Shown in pieces: positions 26,582 through 35,200 of a stretch of DNA of 64,000 nt. The stretch lies in NCBI GenBank assembly GCA_021779915.1, contig JAJXZR010000015.1, positions 4,521 to 68,520 on the forward strand. Direction: 5' to 3'. The notes under the pieces are model-generated. The model made no database searches. It saw nothing but the letters and a program-made list of their open reading frames with translations, and had not been told where the DNA came from. The position numbers were made by a program, and so were the translations under genes. Source of the DNA: a bacterium. Its GTDB lineage: Bacteria; Patescibacteriota; Minisyncoccia; CAIUEV01. Numbering within the stretch: position 1 is the stretch's first letter; every line of letters starts with the position of its first letter.

Positions 26582-26926
26582 TCACTTGCTACTCGTTCTC
26601 CATCCTGTCAACTGTTTGCTCACTCTCTCCAACTTCAAATTCAACGTGACGAACTTGTCTATATCGATCAGTTTGAGATCATTGGATAATCGCAGGAATA
26701 ATCTGATTGTTTCGACGTTTTCCCGCGCCTTTTGAATGTTTTCTTTTCTTTTTTCAAAAGAGCTGTTGGCTCGATAGATGTTCACGATCATCTCAATCAT
26801 TTCTTTCTTCATACTCTCTCCCAGGGTGAATTTGTATTCCCGAGAGAAGTTTCTGATGAATTTGAACAAATCCAGCAGAAGCTCATAACTGTCGTGGTAA
26901 ACTGGAAGATCGCTGGAAAGGGACAT
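26582..26926 (-). CDS. avd: DGR accessory variability determinant (Avd-like four-helix-bundle protein)
   Basis: 114 aa, basic, predicted all-helical. Sits between the target/VR and the TR/RT, as in canonical DGR cassettes. Confidence 0.65.
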   Translation of the reverse strand: MSLSSDLPVYHDSYELLLDLFKFIRNFSREYKFTLGESMKKEMIEMIVNIYRANSSFEKRKENIQKARENVETIRLFLRLSNDLKLIDIDKFVTLNLKLERVSKQLTGWRTSSK

Positions 26927-27007
26927 GGGGGGGAGTTACAAGTTGTAAGTAAAAAGTGGCAAGATTTTTTTCTTGCAACTTACTACTTGTAACTTGTAAC
27001 TCCCCCC
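26927..27007. repeat. GC-clamped hairpin (ggggggagttacaagttgtaag...cttgtaacttgtaactcccccc) immediately 3' of the VR
   Basis: Arms of about 35 nt built from GYWRCAAG octamers and closed by a G7/C7 clamp. Lies between the target stop (27046) and the avd start. Confidence 0.55.
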
Positions 27008-27045
27008 TCATTTTTAAAGAGTCAAAGAGTCAAAGAGTCAAAGAG

Positions 27046-29250
27046 TCAGTCCTTGAGGCAACGGACAGAAAAGCCGTACGCCTTCGAATTCAGGGTCCGA
27101 TAGACCGTGGCGTTGCTCGAATTCAGATCGCGATGCCATGCAGACGTACCACTGGGAGAGGAAGACCAAAAGTAGGCGTTCGTCCCGAGAAGGGCAAACG
27201 AGCCATCGGTATTGCGGTAGCCGGCTAGCAGGCCAGTAAAGTTAGAAGTTCCTCCTGACTTCAATTTGGTGCCGGCAGTGGAACAATCCCAAGTTCCGCT
27301 TCGGTTGGCATCGCAGGTTTGACCGGTGTCTTTCAAATAATTTTCCAGTTCGTACTGCTGGGCGTCGGTCGGAATATGCCAGCTCGTGGGACAGATGCCT
27401 TGAGCTCCGGGGGTTGTGGAATAGGCCATGGCTTCATCCCACTGGTAAAGGCCGCCATAGGTGTTGCAATTGTTGGTATCGTTGCTATAGCACCATTTCT
27501 CGACAGTGCCGTTGTTGGTTGGCATCGTAGAACCACTGGCAAGCATCGTGCCGAGTTTAAGGTTTTGTTTCATCCAGCATTGGTTGCCGATAAGGACAGT
27601 GTCATAGACATTGTTTTCGGCGTCCAACACCTGACTGACACCGCAAACAAAATCAGAGACCACGCAGTTGCCTGATCCATCGCATCGTTTGTTGAAACCG
27701 CAAGTTTGGGAATTGTTGATGTTGGTCCAGTCGCCCACTTGACCGGAAGACGAGACGGTTTTTTGCTGGCAATAATAGTCGCCCACTCGGCCATCGCCAT
27801 TTCTGAAGTTGGTAAAGTTGCTGGCATTGACCAATGTCGCACTAATATTGGTAGCGTTGACCGTAGTCGCACCAACGTTTCCGGTCGTCGTGATATTGCC
27901 GCTTCCCAAACTGAAATTGCCCGATCCGTCCGTGACGGGAATGATTGAATTTCCGCCAGTAGCAGAAGTCTCTTTATCATCCAATTTATCGGCATTGAGG
28001 TTGGTAACTTTGGTGGTGGAAGCGACGGTGAGCGGGGAAGTACCGGTTGCCACAGTTGAAGTCAGGGTGGAAGCGGAAACAGAACTGGCAGCGATGGAAC
28101 CGGTGGTGGAAATGGAAATGTCAGATTTTAAGTCTGATCCGGTGATGGTTCCGTCCGCAATGGAAGCGGAATTGACGCTGGCAGTTTCAATGATGCCAGA
28201 AGTGTTGACGGAAAAAACTGAATTGTCACTGTTATTGGTAATTTTGAGTGGTGAAGCCGATTGGGAAGAAGCCATCTTGAGAATGGTTACCACGGTTGGA
28301 GCCTGGTAGGCAACGGTTTGACTGGAAGCTGGATCGGTGTGGATGGTTTCATTGGTGAGTTCTGAGATAGCCGTTTGGGTGTTAGTAGAAGCAATTTGAG
28401 TGGTCGGCGTGAAAGAAATGGCAGTAGCGGGATGAGAGGAAGCTGCATCTCGGTTTTGGAGATCATTATGATTGACGGTTGCTACATTAGCCACTTTATG
28501 CCAGGTGTTGTCAGAGTTGTCACAGCGGTAAATCCAGTTTTCATCTTTCACAAGCCGGGATTGCCCGTCAGATCCACTGTTACAATCCGGCAAATCGGAA
28601 TGGGAAGTGACCGGATCTTTCCATTTGAGATTGTTGATGTTGGTGGAAAGCTGGTTGTCCACATAGGCTTTGTTAGCGGCGTCAGTGTCGCTGGTGGGAG
28701 TTGCGATGTTGGTGATTTTGTTGGTTTCCAGGGATAAGGGTTTGGAGAGTTTAAAATTCTCACTGCCTTTGTCATAGGTAAGGGAACGGGCAGAGGAACC
28801 GAAAAGAAGGTTGATGTCACTTCCTGTTTGCCCAATAGTGAAGGTGTTTTGGTTGGTACCGGAATCAGTGTTCTGGTCATGAATTTGGGAGATGTTTTTG
28901 TTGCCTAAAGCGATGTTTGAATCGTTATTGTCTACTAGTTCTCCCAGTTTGTTTTTTTCGGTGTTGGTGGGATAATCGGGAATGTTAAGTTTACTTCTAT
29001 CAATACTGGCATCTGAGGCAATATCTTCGTTTTTAATCGTTCCGTTTTTGATTTTGTCTCCGGTGATAAGATCGTCCGCAATCACCCTGAGGTTTGCGAT
29101 GGCTCCGTCCTTGAGTTGCGCATCCCCAATGGACTGAGTAACAATCCTAATTTTCTGTTTAACAGCCTTTCTAAGGGAAGCATTGGAAAAAGAAGTGACG
29201 GCTAGAACGGTGAGGAGGGAAATGAGGAAGGTGGTTTTTGGTTTGGACAT
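27046..29250 (-). CDS. DGR target protein: secreted Ser/Thr-rich protein with C-terminal FISUMP-like (C-type-lectin fold) variable domain
   Basis: Signal peptide MSKPKTTFLISLLTVLAVTSFSNASL. C-terminal NQCWMKQNL...YGGLYQWDEA...CPTSWHIPT...LLAGYRNTDGSF..FWSSS...GFSVRCLKD, with the VR covering the last ~60 codons. GC-richer than flanking DNA. Overlapping ORFs in other frames are rejected. Confidence 0.85.
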   Translation of the reverse strand: MSKPKTTFLISLLTVLAVTSFSNASLRKAVKQKIRIVTQSIGDAQLKDGAIANLRVIADDLITGDKIKNGTIKNEDIASDASIDRSKLNIPDYPTNTEKNKLGELVDNNDSNIALGNKNISQIHDQNTDSGTNQNTFTIGQTGSDINLLFGSSARSLTYDKGSENFKLSKPLSLETNKITNIATPTSDTDAANKAYVDNQLSTNINNLKWKDPVTSHSDLPDCNSGSDGQSRLVKDENWIYRCDNSDNTWHKVANVATVNHNDLQNRDAASSHPATAISFTPTTQIASTNTQTAISELTNETIHTDPASSQTVAYQAPTVVTILKMASSQSASPLKITNNSDNSVFSVNTSGIIETASVNSASIADGTITGSDLKSDISISTTGSIAASSVSASTLTSTVATGTSPLTVASTTKVTNLNADKLDDKETSATGGNSIIPVTDGSGNFSLGSGNITTTGNVGATTVNATNISATLVNASNFTNFRNGDGRVGDYYCQQKTVSSSGQVGDWTNINNSQTCGFNKRCDGSGNCVVSDFVCGVSQVLDAENNVYDTVLIGNQCWMKQNLKLGTMLASGSTMPTNNGTVEKWCYSNDTNNCNTYGGLYQWDEAMAYSTTPGAQGICPTSWHIPTDAQQYELENYLKDTGQTCDANRSGTWDCSTAGTKLKSGGTSNFTGLLAGYRNTDGSFALLGTNAYFWSSSPSGTSAWHRDLNSSNATVYRTLNSKAYGFSVRCLKD
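27047..27229 (-). other. DGR variable repeat (VR) at the 3' end of the target gene
   Basis: The TR-encoded Asn positions are replaced by Tyr, Thr, Tyr, Asp, His, Tyr, Leu and Tyr. Non-A differences are all synonymous, except in the extreme 3' (IMH-like) end. Confidence 0.85.
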
Positions 29251-29372
29251 GGGTTAGTTTAAAATTTCCAATTTCTAATTTTCAATTTTTTCGCCCGAGG
29301 CGAGTCGCCTATGGAGACAAACAATTTTCAATGACAGAATAATTCAATACTTCAAGTAATATCCGACTTATG

Positions 29373-29537
29373 TGTCATCCTCGGCGTGTCGACCGGGGAT
29401 CCAGGAGGATAATATTAGTCTAATAAAATGTCGGCTTGTTTAGTTTTCTGTAAATGCACATAGAAATAACACTCTATTAGTCTAACCTGGATTCCCGCCG
29501 GAGTTTATCCTCGTGAAAACGGGGACAGGAATGACAC
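29373..29537. mobile_element. MITE-like element, subtype B (right terminus degenerate)
   Basis: gtgtcatcctcggcgtgtcgaccggggatccaggaggataatattag ... cctggattcccgccgg...aatgacac. Preceded by a CAATTTTC block (29263-29340). Confidence 0.55.
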
Positions 29538-29616
29538 GTTTTTTTCCTTTGGGCGGGCACAAGACCCGCCCCTACGTTCTTCTTTTCCCTTTTCCCCTTA
29601 TTCTTTCCCTTAATTC

Positions 29617-30234
29617 CTATCTACTCCACATAATAAGACTTCTTGTCCCATACATCTTCATCGTGTTGCTATTGAAATATCCAAGAGCCTCCGCTTTGGT
29701 GAGGGGATTGTTTTGTTGTTTTATTGGTTTGTGTATCGTGTCGGTGTTGTCTTCGAGGTTGACAGTGACCGCTCCTTTTTTGGTTTGAATGATGAAGGTA
29801 TCTCCATCGTCAGAGACATCTCCCATGGAACCTTGAATTTTGGTATAACAAATGGAAAGGTCGGTGAGTTTTTTGGCGAAATACACGCCTTCCGGCGAGA
29901 CGTTCTTGTCCGACACCACCGTCTTGATTGAGTCCCCGATTTGAACTTCGTTTTCAGTGAGCCTTCCGCCCGAACTGCGGAGGAAATTGGAGGAATAATA
30001 ATTGATAATGTACGTTGACCCAAAAACATTACCGCCCTTTTTATTTTTTTTATCCAAACTTTTAATCGTAACAAGGCTATTATCCGTATCAATAGCCAAA
30101 ACCGTCCCAATTATGGTGTGGGCGTGCGATTTGGCGAGGACAGAGGAGGTATTAGTGAAAAGTAACAAGTAACAAGTTGCAAGAAAAAAAGTAGCAAGAA
30201 TTTTCTTGTTACCCATCATTTTTCCTCTTGCCAC
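29617..30234 (-). CDS. Secreted hypothetical protein
   Basis: Signal peptide partly encoded by the octamer repeat (LATFFLATCYLLLF). The likely ATG start is MMGNKK at 30219. Confidence 0.5.
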   Translation of the reverse strand: MARGKMMGNKKILATFFLATCYLLLFTNTSSVLAKSHAHTIIGTVLAIDTDNSLVTIKSLDKKNKKGGNVFGSTYIINYYSSNFLRSSGGRLTENEVQIGDSIKTVVSDKNVSPEGVYFAKKLTDLSICYTKIQGSMGDVSDDGDTFIIQTKKGAVTVNLEDNTDTIHKPIKQQNNPLTKAEALGYFNSNTMKMYGTRSLIMWSR

Positions 30235-30313
30235 TCGAGAGAGAGAGAGAGAGAGTAGTGCATGTTTTTGTAAGAATATTTTTTAAATTATGGTTCATGG
30301 GGATTTGTATTAA

Positions 30314-30585
30314 TTACAAGTTACAAGCTACAAGCCACAAGCTACAAGCTACAAGCTACAAGCTACAAGCTGCAAGAAGACCCTTGCTACTTGCTACTTG
30401 CTACTTGCTACTTGCTACTTGCTACTTGCTACTTGCTACTATTTTAAATTAAAAATTGGGGTTGTCAAAAAAACGATAAGTTTAGTATCAAGTAAAAAGT
30501 TACAAGAAGAAAGTAGCAAGTTACAGGTAACAAGTTACAAGAAAATTCTTACCACTTGCAACTTGCCACTTTTTACTTGCTACTT
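30314..30585. repeat. Large octamer tandem-repeat arrays (GCTACAAG x ~8; CTTGCTAC x ~9; then mixed GTWRCAAG units)
   Basis: ttacaagttacaagctacaag...ctacaagctgcaag / cttgctacttgctac... Same family as 25933-26105 and 26927-27007. Confidence 0.6.
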
Positions 30586-31845
30586 ATAACCCGCCGCTTC
30601 TCCCGCCGCGTACCCCGTACTCCAACAAATTTGGAGATTAAAGCCTCCGGTTGGACCGTCAAGATCTAGAATTTCTCCGGCAAAAAATAAATTGGAAATA
30701 ATTTTTGATCTCATTGTCCTAGGATCCACTTCCTTCAAATCCACTCCGCCACTGGTTATCACCGCGATTTCATATCCCATCGGCTCTGAAACAGTGACAG
30801 TCAACTCTTTGAGGAAATGAAGCAATTTTTTTCTCTCTTCTCTGGAAATAGTTCCCAGTTTCTTGTGCGGGTCGATACCTGACATTTGAACAGCTAAATC
30901 AATCATTTTGCGAGGTAAAAGGTCGGGAAGATAGTTGATGAAATCTTTGTTAACATTTGTTTCGAAATCTTTTTGAAGCCTTTTGTCGAGAGTTGGATAA
31001 TCCAGTGCCGGTTTGAGATCGATTTGAATCGTCACTTCTCCTTTTTTGAGAAGCTCCACCACTTTCTTACTCAGATCGAGAATGATTGGTCCGCTCACAC
31101 CAAAATGGGTAAACAACATTTCTCCAAACCTAGAATCTTGTTTTTTTCCTCCAACAAAAACAGTAGCTCTTGCGTTTTTAAGGCTCAATCCCTGAAGCCC
31201 TTTTGTCCAAGATTCTCGTGTTTTAAGAGGTACTAGGGCAGGGAAGGTATTAACCAATTTGTGCCCCATTTTTTGTGCAAAATTATATCCGTCTCCAGTA
31301 GAACCCGTGGCAGGATATGATTTGCCTCCCGTTGAAAAAATAAAAGAATCGGCATAAATTTTACGATTTTTGAGCTCAACATATTCGATTTTTTTGTTTT
31401 TTACTTTAAAATCCACAATTTTCTCTCCCAAAATTATACTGGCATTGTTTTGTTTTAAATAGTCTACAAGGGTATCCAAGACATCTTTTGATCTATCGGA
31501 AACAGGAAAGACTCTTTTTCCTCTTTCAATCTTAGTTTTTACTCCCTTTTTCTCGAAAAAATCAATGATTTCACTGGGTCCAAATTCCGATAAAGAAGAG
31601 AAAAGAAACTTTCCCTTTTTACCTAGTTTATCGATAAATTCTTTCATATCAAAAGTGGCGTTCGTCAGATTGCAACGCCCCTTGCCAGTAATTAAAAGTT
31701 TTTTTCCAAGGACTTTATTTTTTTCAATCAAAACCACTTTTTTTCCTAGTTCCGCCACTCTTCCAGCCGCCATCATACCAGCAGGTCCACCCCCTACAAC
31801 GGCTACGTCGAAATAGTCATGAGTTTCTTTATTGATAGACATCAA
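30580..31845 (-). CDS. HI0933/BaiN-family FAD-dependent oxidoreductase
   Basis: N-terminal dinucleotide fold DVAVVGGGPAGMMAA. 421 aa with family-typical length and GKGRCNLTN segment. Confidence 0.8.
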   Translation of the reverse strand: MMSINKETHDYFDVAVVGGGPAGMMAAGRVAELGKKVVLIEKNKVLGKKLLITGKGRCNLTNATFDMKEFIDKLGKKGKFLFSSLSEFGPSEIIDFFEKKGVKTKIERGKRVFPVSDRSKDVLDTLVDYLKQNNASIILGEKIVDFKVKNKKIEYVELKNRKIYADSFIFSTGGKSYPATGSTGDGYNFAQKMGHKLVNTFPALVPLKTRESWTKGLQGLSLKNARATVFVGGKKQDSRFGEMLFTHFGVSGPIILDLSKKVVELLKKGEVTIQIDLKPALDYPTLDKRLQKDFETNVNKDFINYLPDLLPRKMIDLAVQMSGIDPHKKLGTISREERKKLLHFLKELTVTVSEPMGYEIAVITSGGVDLKEVDPRTMRSKIISNLFFAGEILDLDGPTGGFNLQICWSTGYAAGEAAGYK

Positions 31846-32000
31846 TTAAGTTTAATTTGAAATTCTGATTACGTAGAATTAGATTACCTTTTTTTGGTTT
31901 TGACTAGGAAAATTAAGAAAATTTTCAATTTCTAATTTTCAATTTTCAAACAATTTTCAATTTATTAATTTCCTAATTTTATAAACAATACTATTCCAGT

Positions 32001-32152
32001 GTGTCATCCCGGGCTTGACCCGGGATCCAGGAGGATAATCTTAGCTTAATAAAATCTTAATTTGTCTAGTTTTTTAGCAATACGCATTAAAATAACATTC
32101 TGTTAGTCTAATTTTGTTTCCTGGATCCCGGCTCGGGGGCCGGGATGACACA
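32001..32152. mobile_element. MITE-like element, subtype B
   Basis: gtgtcatcccgggcttgacccgggatccaggaggataatcttagc ... cctggatcccggctcgggggccgggatgacac. Flanked on both sides by CAATTTTC/GAAAATTG blocks. Confidence 0.65.
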
Positions 32153-32233
32153 CAAGACGGATATTGTTTGAAACATTGAATCATTCCATCATTGAAAATT
32201 GTTTGAAAATTGTGAATTGAAAATTGAAAATTT

Positions 32234-35200
32234 CTATCCCACTGTTCCTTTCCTCTCTAAATTTCCCCAACGGACAAATTTTCCTTTCATTACGCTGACA
32301 AAAACTTTGATCGCAACATAGTACATCAGTTGGCGGTAGAAGAAGCGTTGCAAGAACATCCACAAGAGCAAACTCCAGTCTTCCTTGCGTTCTAAAACAA
32401 AAGCAATGGCACAAGTAATGAAATCGACAACCAAAAAGAATAAATAAAAAAAGAATAATTTTTTAAAGGCAAAAGTGGCTGAATAATCTATTGGGTGCTG
32501 ATATTTCTGGATAGCCACCCAAATCAGGGAAAAAACAATTGTTAGATCCATCAGAGGTGAGATAAGAGGAAAAAGTACCTGGAAAATCAAAATGTTTGGC
32601 AAAGCGATCCACCCAAGAGTACGACATCCCGGACACGACAAAGAATCTTTATGCATCCAAGTGGCCTGTAAAGTCCCATACATCCAGCGAAAACGCTGTT
32701 TTATAAAACCTTTGACCGTATCTGGAGCTTCAGTGTAAGCGAAAGCCTTGTCCTCATAAGCCACTTTATAGCCGGATCTAATGATATGGAAAGTCAAGTC
32801 TGCATCTTCTGCTAAGGTTCGATTGGAAAATCCTCCTGTTTTTAAAATAGCCTCCCGCCTCCAAGCTCCAACTGAACCGGGAACTACTGTAATACAATTC
32901 AAGACTTCAAAAGCCCGACGATCTAAATTTTGACTGGTAATATATTCCAGTGCTTGCCAATAAGTAAGGATATTCAATCGGTTTCCCACTTTAGCATTGC
33001 CCGCCACAGCGCCCACTTTGGGATCGGCAAATCGACGTACTAGCTTGGAAATAGTGTTGGAAAGAAAAACGGTATCAGCATCAAGTGTAACAACTATTTC
33101 CGCTTCGGTTTTGGAAATGCCAAAGTTCAAGGCCTCCGGTTTCCCACCGTTAGATTTTGTAAATATCTCGACATTTTGATTGTCCTTAAAATTTTCTAAT
33201 GCGCTTTGATAGGTTCCATCAGTACTCCCGTCGTCAATAACAATTACTTTCAGGTCGGGATAGTCAGATTTAAGGATGGACTCGACGGTTTTGACAATCA
33301 CTTTTTCTTCATTGTAGGCCGGAATAACCACACTTACACTTGGATGAAATTTCTTGATAGAAGGATACTTTCTAAATTTACTTTTAATTTTTTGAAAGAG
33401 GGCAAGTACTCCAACAAAAATAAATCTCGCAAGTCCCAAGAAGATGCCAATCGTAAAGGCAAAAGATAAGAAAATGAATATCCAATTGACAAATGAGAAG
33501 GCCACATAGCTGAAATCTGACAAAATTAATTCCGCTCCAGAAACTTTGGGCATAATTTTGTCCGGTAAGACTCCAACCAGATCGGACACTTTAACCAGCT
33601 GAAAACCTCTGCTTTGAAGCCCCTCGATAATTCTAGGGAGGGCAGCAATTGTTTGGGTTCGATCTCCTCCTCCGTCATGCAAAAGGACGATATTACCGTC
33701 CCCATTTTCCGCACCCGTTATCACCGAATTGACGATATTATCAATTCCTGGAGAACTCCAGTCTTTGGGATCAATTTTCATTCCAACTGTATAATAACCT
33801 AGTTGATTAACCAACATTAGTGGTTTCACTTGATCAGGATTTTCTGGCTCTACGTCTTCCGCATAAGGAGGACGAAAAAGAAGAGTATGTCTACCCAAAG
33901 CGCTTGCTAATAAACTCTCCGTGGTGTTCAGCTCAAACTTGACCTGCGAATCTGAAATATTGGCAATGTTGGGATGAGTAAAAGTGTGGTTCCCGATTTC
34001 ATTTCCTTTGTCAAAAACCTGTTTAAGCAACTGCTGGTTTTGAGTGGCGTTCATTCCGATAACAAAGAAAGTTCCTTTTACATTGTATTGGTCGAATATT
34101 TTAAGAATTTGCGGAGTATAAACCGGGTCGGGACCATCGTCAAAAGTCAGGGCTATTTTCTTTTTGTCCTCTCCCCCCCAGCGATTTATAATATAAGGAA
34201 AGGGGAAATCCTTAACTTCAGAATTAGTTATTAATCCGGTTTTATCATCGTAAGTAACGGTTCTAGAGCCAGTTTTTGGCGTTGTTGCAACTCTCAAAAT
34301 CTCTCCTGTCCCTTCGTAGTCGATGTCGTAACCATAATCCAAGTTTTGAAGGCTCATTGCAACATCTTTGCTCAGAGTTTGCCTCGATTTAAACACTTGC
34401 CAAATAGAAGGATCTTCTGAACCCATTCTCCAAAGAGCATAACCCCCCACTTTATATTTTCCGGCATCCACAATTTCATTGAAAGCTGTTACTGCGTCTA
34501 ATAAAAAAACTTTATGGATAATATTATTATCATCATAGTATTCATAAATTTCGTTCAAATTGTTCGGATCGAGAACTATTTTGCCTTGCGATTCTCTGGC
34601 TACTCTGATTGCGTCTTGGAAAGTGTAAGTAACTGCTGTTTTTTGTTTGTCTTCCCAGTCATATCCATAGTTTCCCAAGGCTACGACATATTTTTCACTG
34701 GGAACCTCAGAAAAACGCTTAGCAATGGAATCTAAAAACCATTTTTCCGAAGCAACTGGACCGGGCGAATCTCCATCCGAATGCTCATCATAAGCCATCA
34801 GAATTAAAAAATCGCTAACTTCTGCAAGACTTTTTGTGTTAAAATTATTATCGTCTACTGGAATGTTCATTGAAACCTCCAGTCCTAATGGATGAAATTT
34901 GGAGTAAAGCTCCTTCATAAAAAGCAACAAATCGGGTTGGGCATTTTTGGGAACACTCTCATAATCTATCGATATTCCACTAAATTTATTGCTTTGAACA
35001 AACTCAAGAATTTTATTTATATTGTTCGTGCGATTGCCTGGATCCCCCAACATTTTTCCGAGCTTATCTCCGTTCCAAGACTGAGTGTTGGAATCATAGT
35101 TGTTAATAAGGGGAGTAATGGGCAAGTCCGGTCGATTGGATTTGATAAAATCCATTGCTAAATTTTGTCTGTCCTGATCGTCCACCGCAATATTTCCTTG

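Noticed and set aside
27319-28880. Multiple long ORFs on both strands (27319..27675+, 27570..27995-, 27809..28309+, 28375..28737+, 28548..28880-) inside the DGR target gene
   Set aside because: They lie entirely within the GC-richer 27046..29250 coding region. High GC suppresses stops in all frames. The minus-strand 734-aa frame alone has a signal peptide, recognisable domain motifs and the VR.
30228-30589. ORFs 30228..30452+ and 30398..30589+ (LLATCYLLLATCYLLLAT peptides)
   Set aside because: They are direct translation of the CTTGCTAC tandem array, with low complexity and no start context.
25933-30600. Possible CRISPR array suggested by regular short direct repeats
   Set aside because: Repeat unit is only 8 bp with no unique spacers. 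Forward and reverse-complement blocks alternate to form hairpins. No cas genes are present, so this is not CRISPR.
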